DNA of 63,997 bases, the filler included, from Circinaria calcarea (taxonomy: Eukaryota), in NCBI GenBank assembly GCA_051942165.1. It is 3 parts of 3 records of this genome, joined end to end, with 100 filler letters (N's around TTAATTAATTAA, not from the genome) between each part and the next. Parts side by side here need not be neighbours in the genome. Positions count along the whole stretch, not along the records: positions 43,067 to 63,997 come from JAVECS010000156.1; 2 more parts are not named here. The stretch is one strand, 5' to 3'. Position numbers and translations under genes: made by a program. A model generated the notes under the pieces. The model ran no database searches and had not been told where the DNA came from. It saw nothing but the letters and a program-made list of their open reading frames with translations. Positions 62,996-63,997 of this stretch are shown here, one piece after another. The stretch's first letter is position 1; each line of letters starts with the position of its first letter.

Positions 62996-63248
62996 ATAAC
63001 AGATTTCTAACCAAAAAAACAAAACCCCCCAATTATCATTGTGACTCCAACGTCTCTATAATTCTCCGCTCGCTTATCGGTCCCTATGGTAGCGTCCAGC
63101 AGGACCCCTTCTCCCACCCCGGCTAATGATCTACTGGTACGATCTCGAAGCCTATCGCCCGCGGCCCTCGGAGCTTAATCACAGATTTACTTTTTCTCCC
63201 GAATAGACCTGATCCTGTTTTAGTGCCGCTTACCCCTTGAAAGTAGTC

Positions 63249-63997
63249 ATGTCTTCCATACGGTCATCCTCCTCTGTCATCTACCGAACAGAAGCCCTCT
63301 CTTCGAGAATCCGGCTGAACAACTTTGCATCGACTCGGGATTTTCATTGTATCAAGCCTTCCCAAGGACCACGGCGAGGTACGCGCTTGCTTTTATTGAC
63401 ACGAGCACACTGGATTATTGATCAGTCCGCGCCCTTGGTCAGATCCTAATCTCTAACTCGAAACGTCATCACTCGAGACAACTTCGGCTGACTCCACAGT
63501 CTCCAGATTTGATTGGGAGTCTTCCATCGACCACCCGCCGCACCATGTCTTCCACAGCGAGCCTCAAAAGCCTTAATATCAACAACATCAACCCTCACGT
63601 CAAGGCAGCCAAGTATGCAGTTCGCGGGGAACTGGCGACCCGATCGGAGGAATATCGAGCGAAGCTAGCCAAGGGACACCCTCCCACACCTCCCGACGAG
63701 TCATTGCCCTTCGACAAGGTCATATCCGCCAACATCGGTAACCCTCAACAGCTCGATCAGAAACCCATCACCTTCTTTCGGCAAGTCCTCAGTATACTCG
63801 AATATCCCCGGTTGTTGGAGAACGAGCAGGTACTGAAGGATATCTTTGGATACGAGCAGGATGTGATGGATAGGGCGCGGTGGCTGTTGAACGATGTCCA
63901 CAGCGTAGGCGCTTACAGTCAGAGCCAGGGAGCCTTGGGCATAAGAAACAGCGTTGCCCAATTCATCGAAAGACGGGACGGATATCCGGCCGATCCA
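63249..63997 (+). CDS. ALT1: Alanine aminotransferase, 3' partial (runs off the window)
   Basis: INPHVKAAKYAVRGELA, ANIGNPQQLDQKPITFFRQVLS, GAYSQSQG. Upstream ATG 63249 plus intron 63379-63425 is in frame with a second ATG at 63545. Confidence 0.92.

Overview
Eukaryotic DNA from a filamentous ascomycete (Pezizomycotina-type GT-AG introns with CTRAC/CTAAT branch sites). It is gene-dense and made of three pieces joined by artificial N44-TTAATTAATTAA-N44 spacers (21437-21536, 42967-43066). Mostly housekeeping genes: Reb1-like Myb protein, AVO2, RPN3, SPC34, UDP-glucose dehydrogenase, TAF12, phospholipase D, SLY1, a PNUTS/Ppn1-like PP1 regulator, COQ7, RTF1, ABD1, RPN7, MRPL39, PEX11 and alanine aminotransferase. 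An accessory-looking stretch (~52.5-63 kb) holds a phenol monooxygenase, a tandem GFA protein, an Fe-ADH/maleylacetate reductase and AT-rich repeat relics. Most notable observations: (1) an unusually long 526-nt intron in the PNUTS-like gene that folds by eye into a ~390-nt multibranch RNA with an H-type pseudoknot; (2) an otherwise intact Fe-ADH gene with one in-frame TGA-C; (3) an unannotated spliced minus-strand unit at 37.7-38.4 kb; (4) small TIR-bounded elements with RIP-like composition. All calls and pairings were made by eye, with no database search or folding software.
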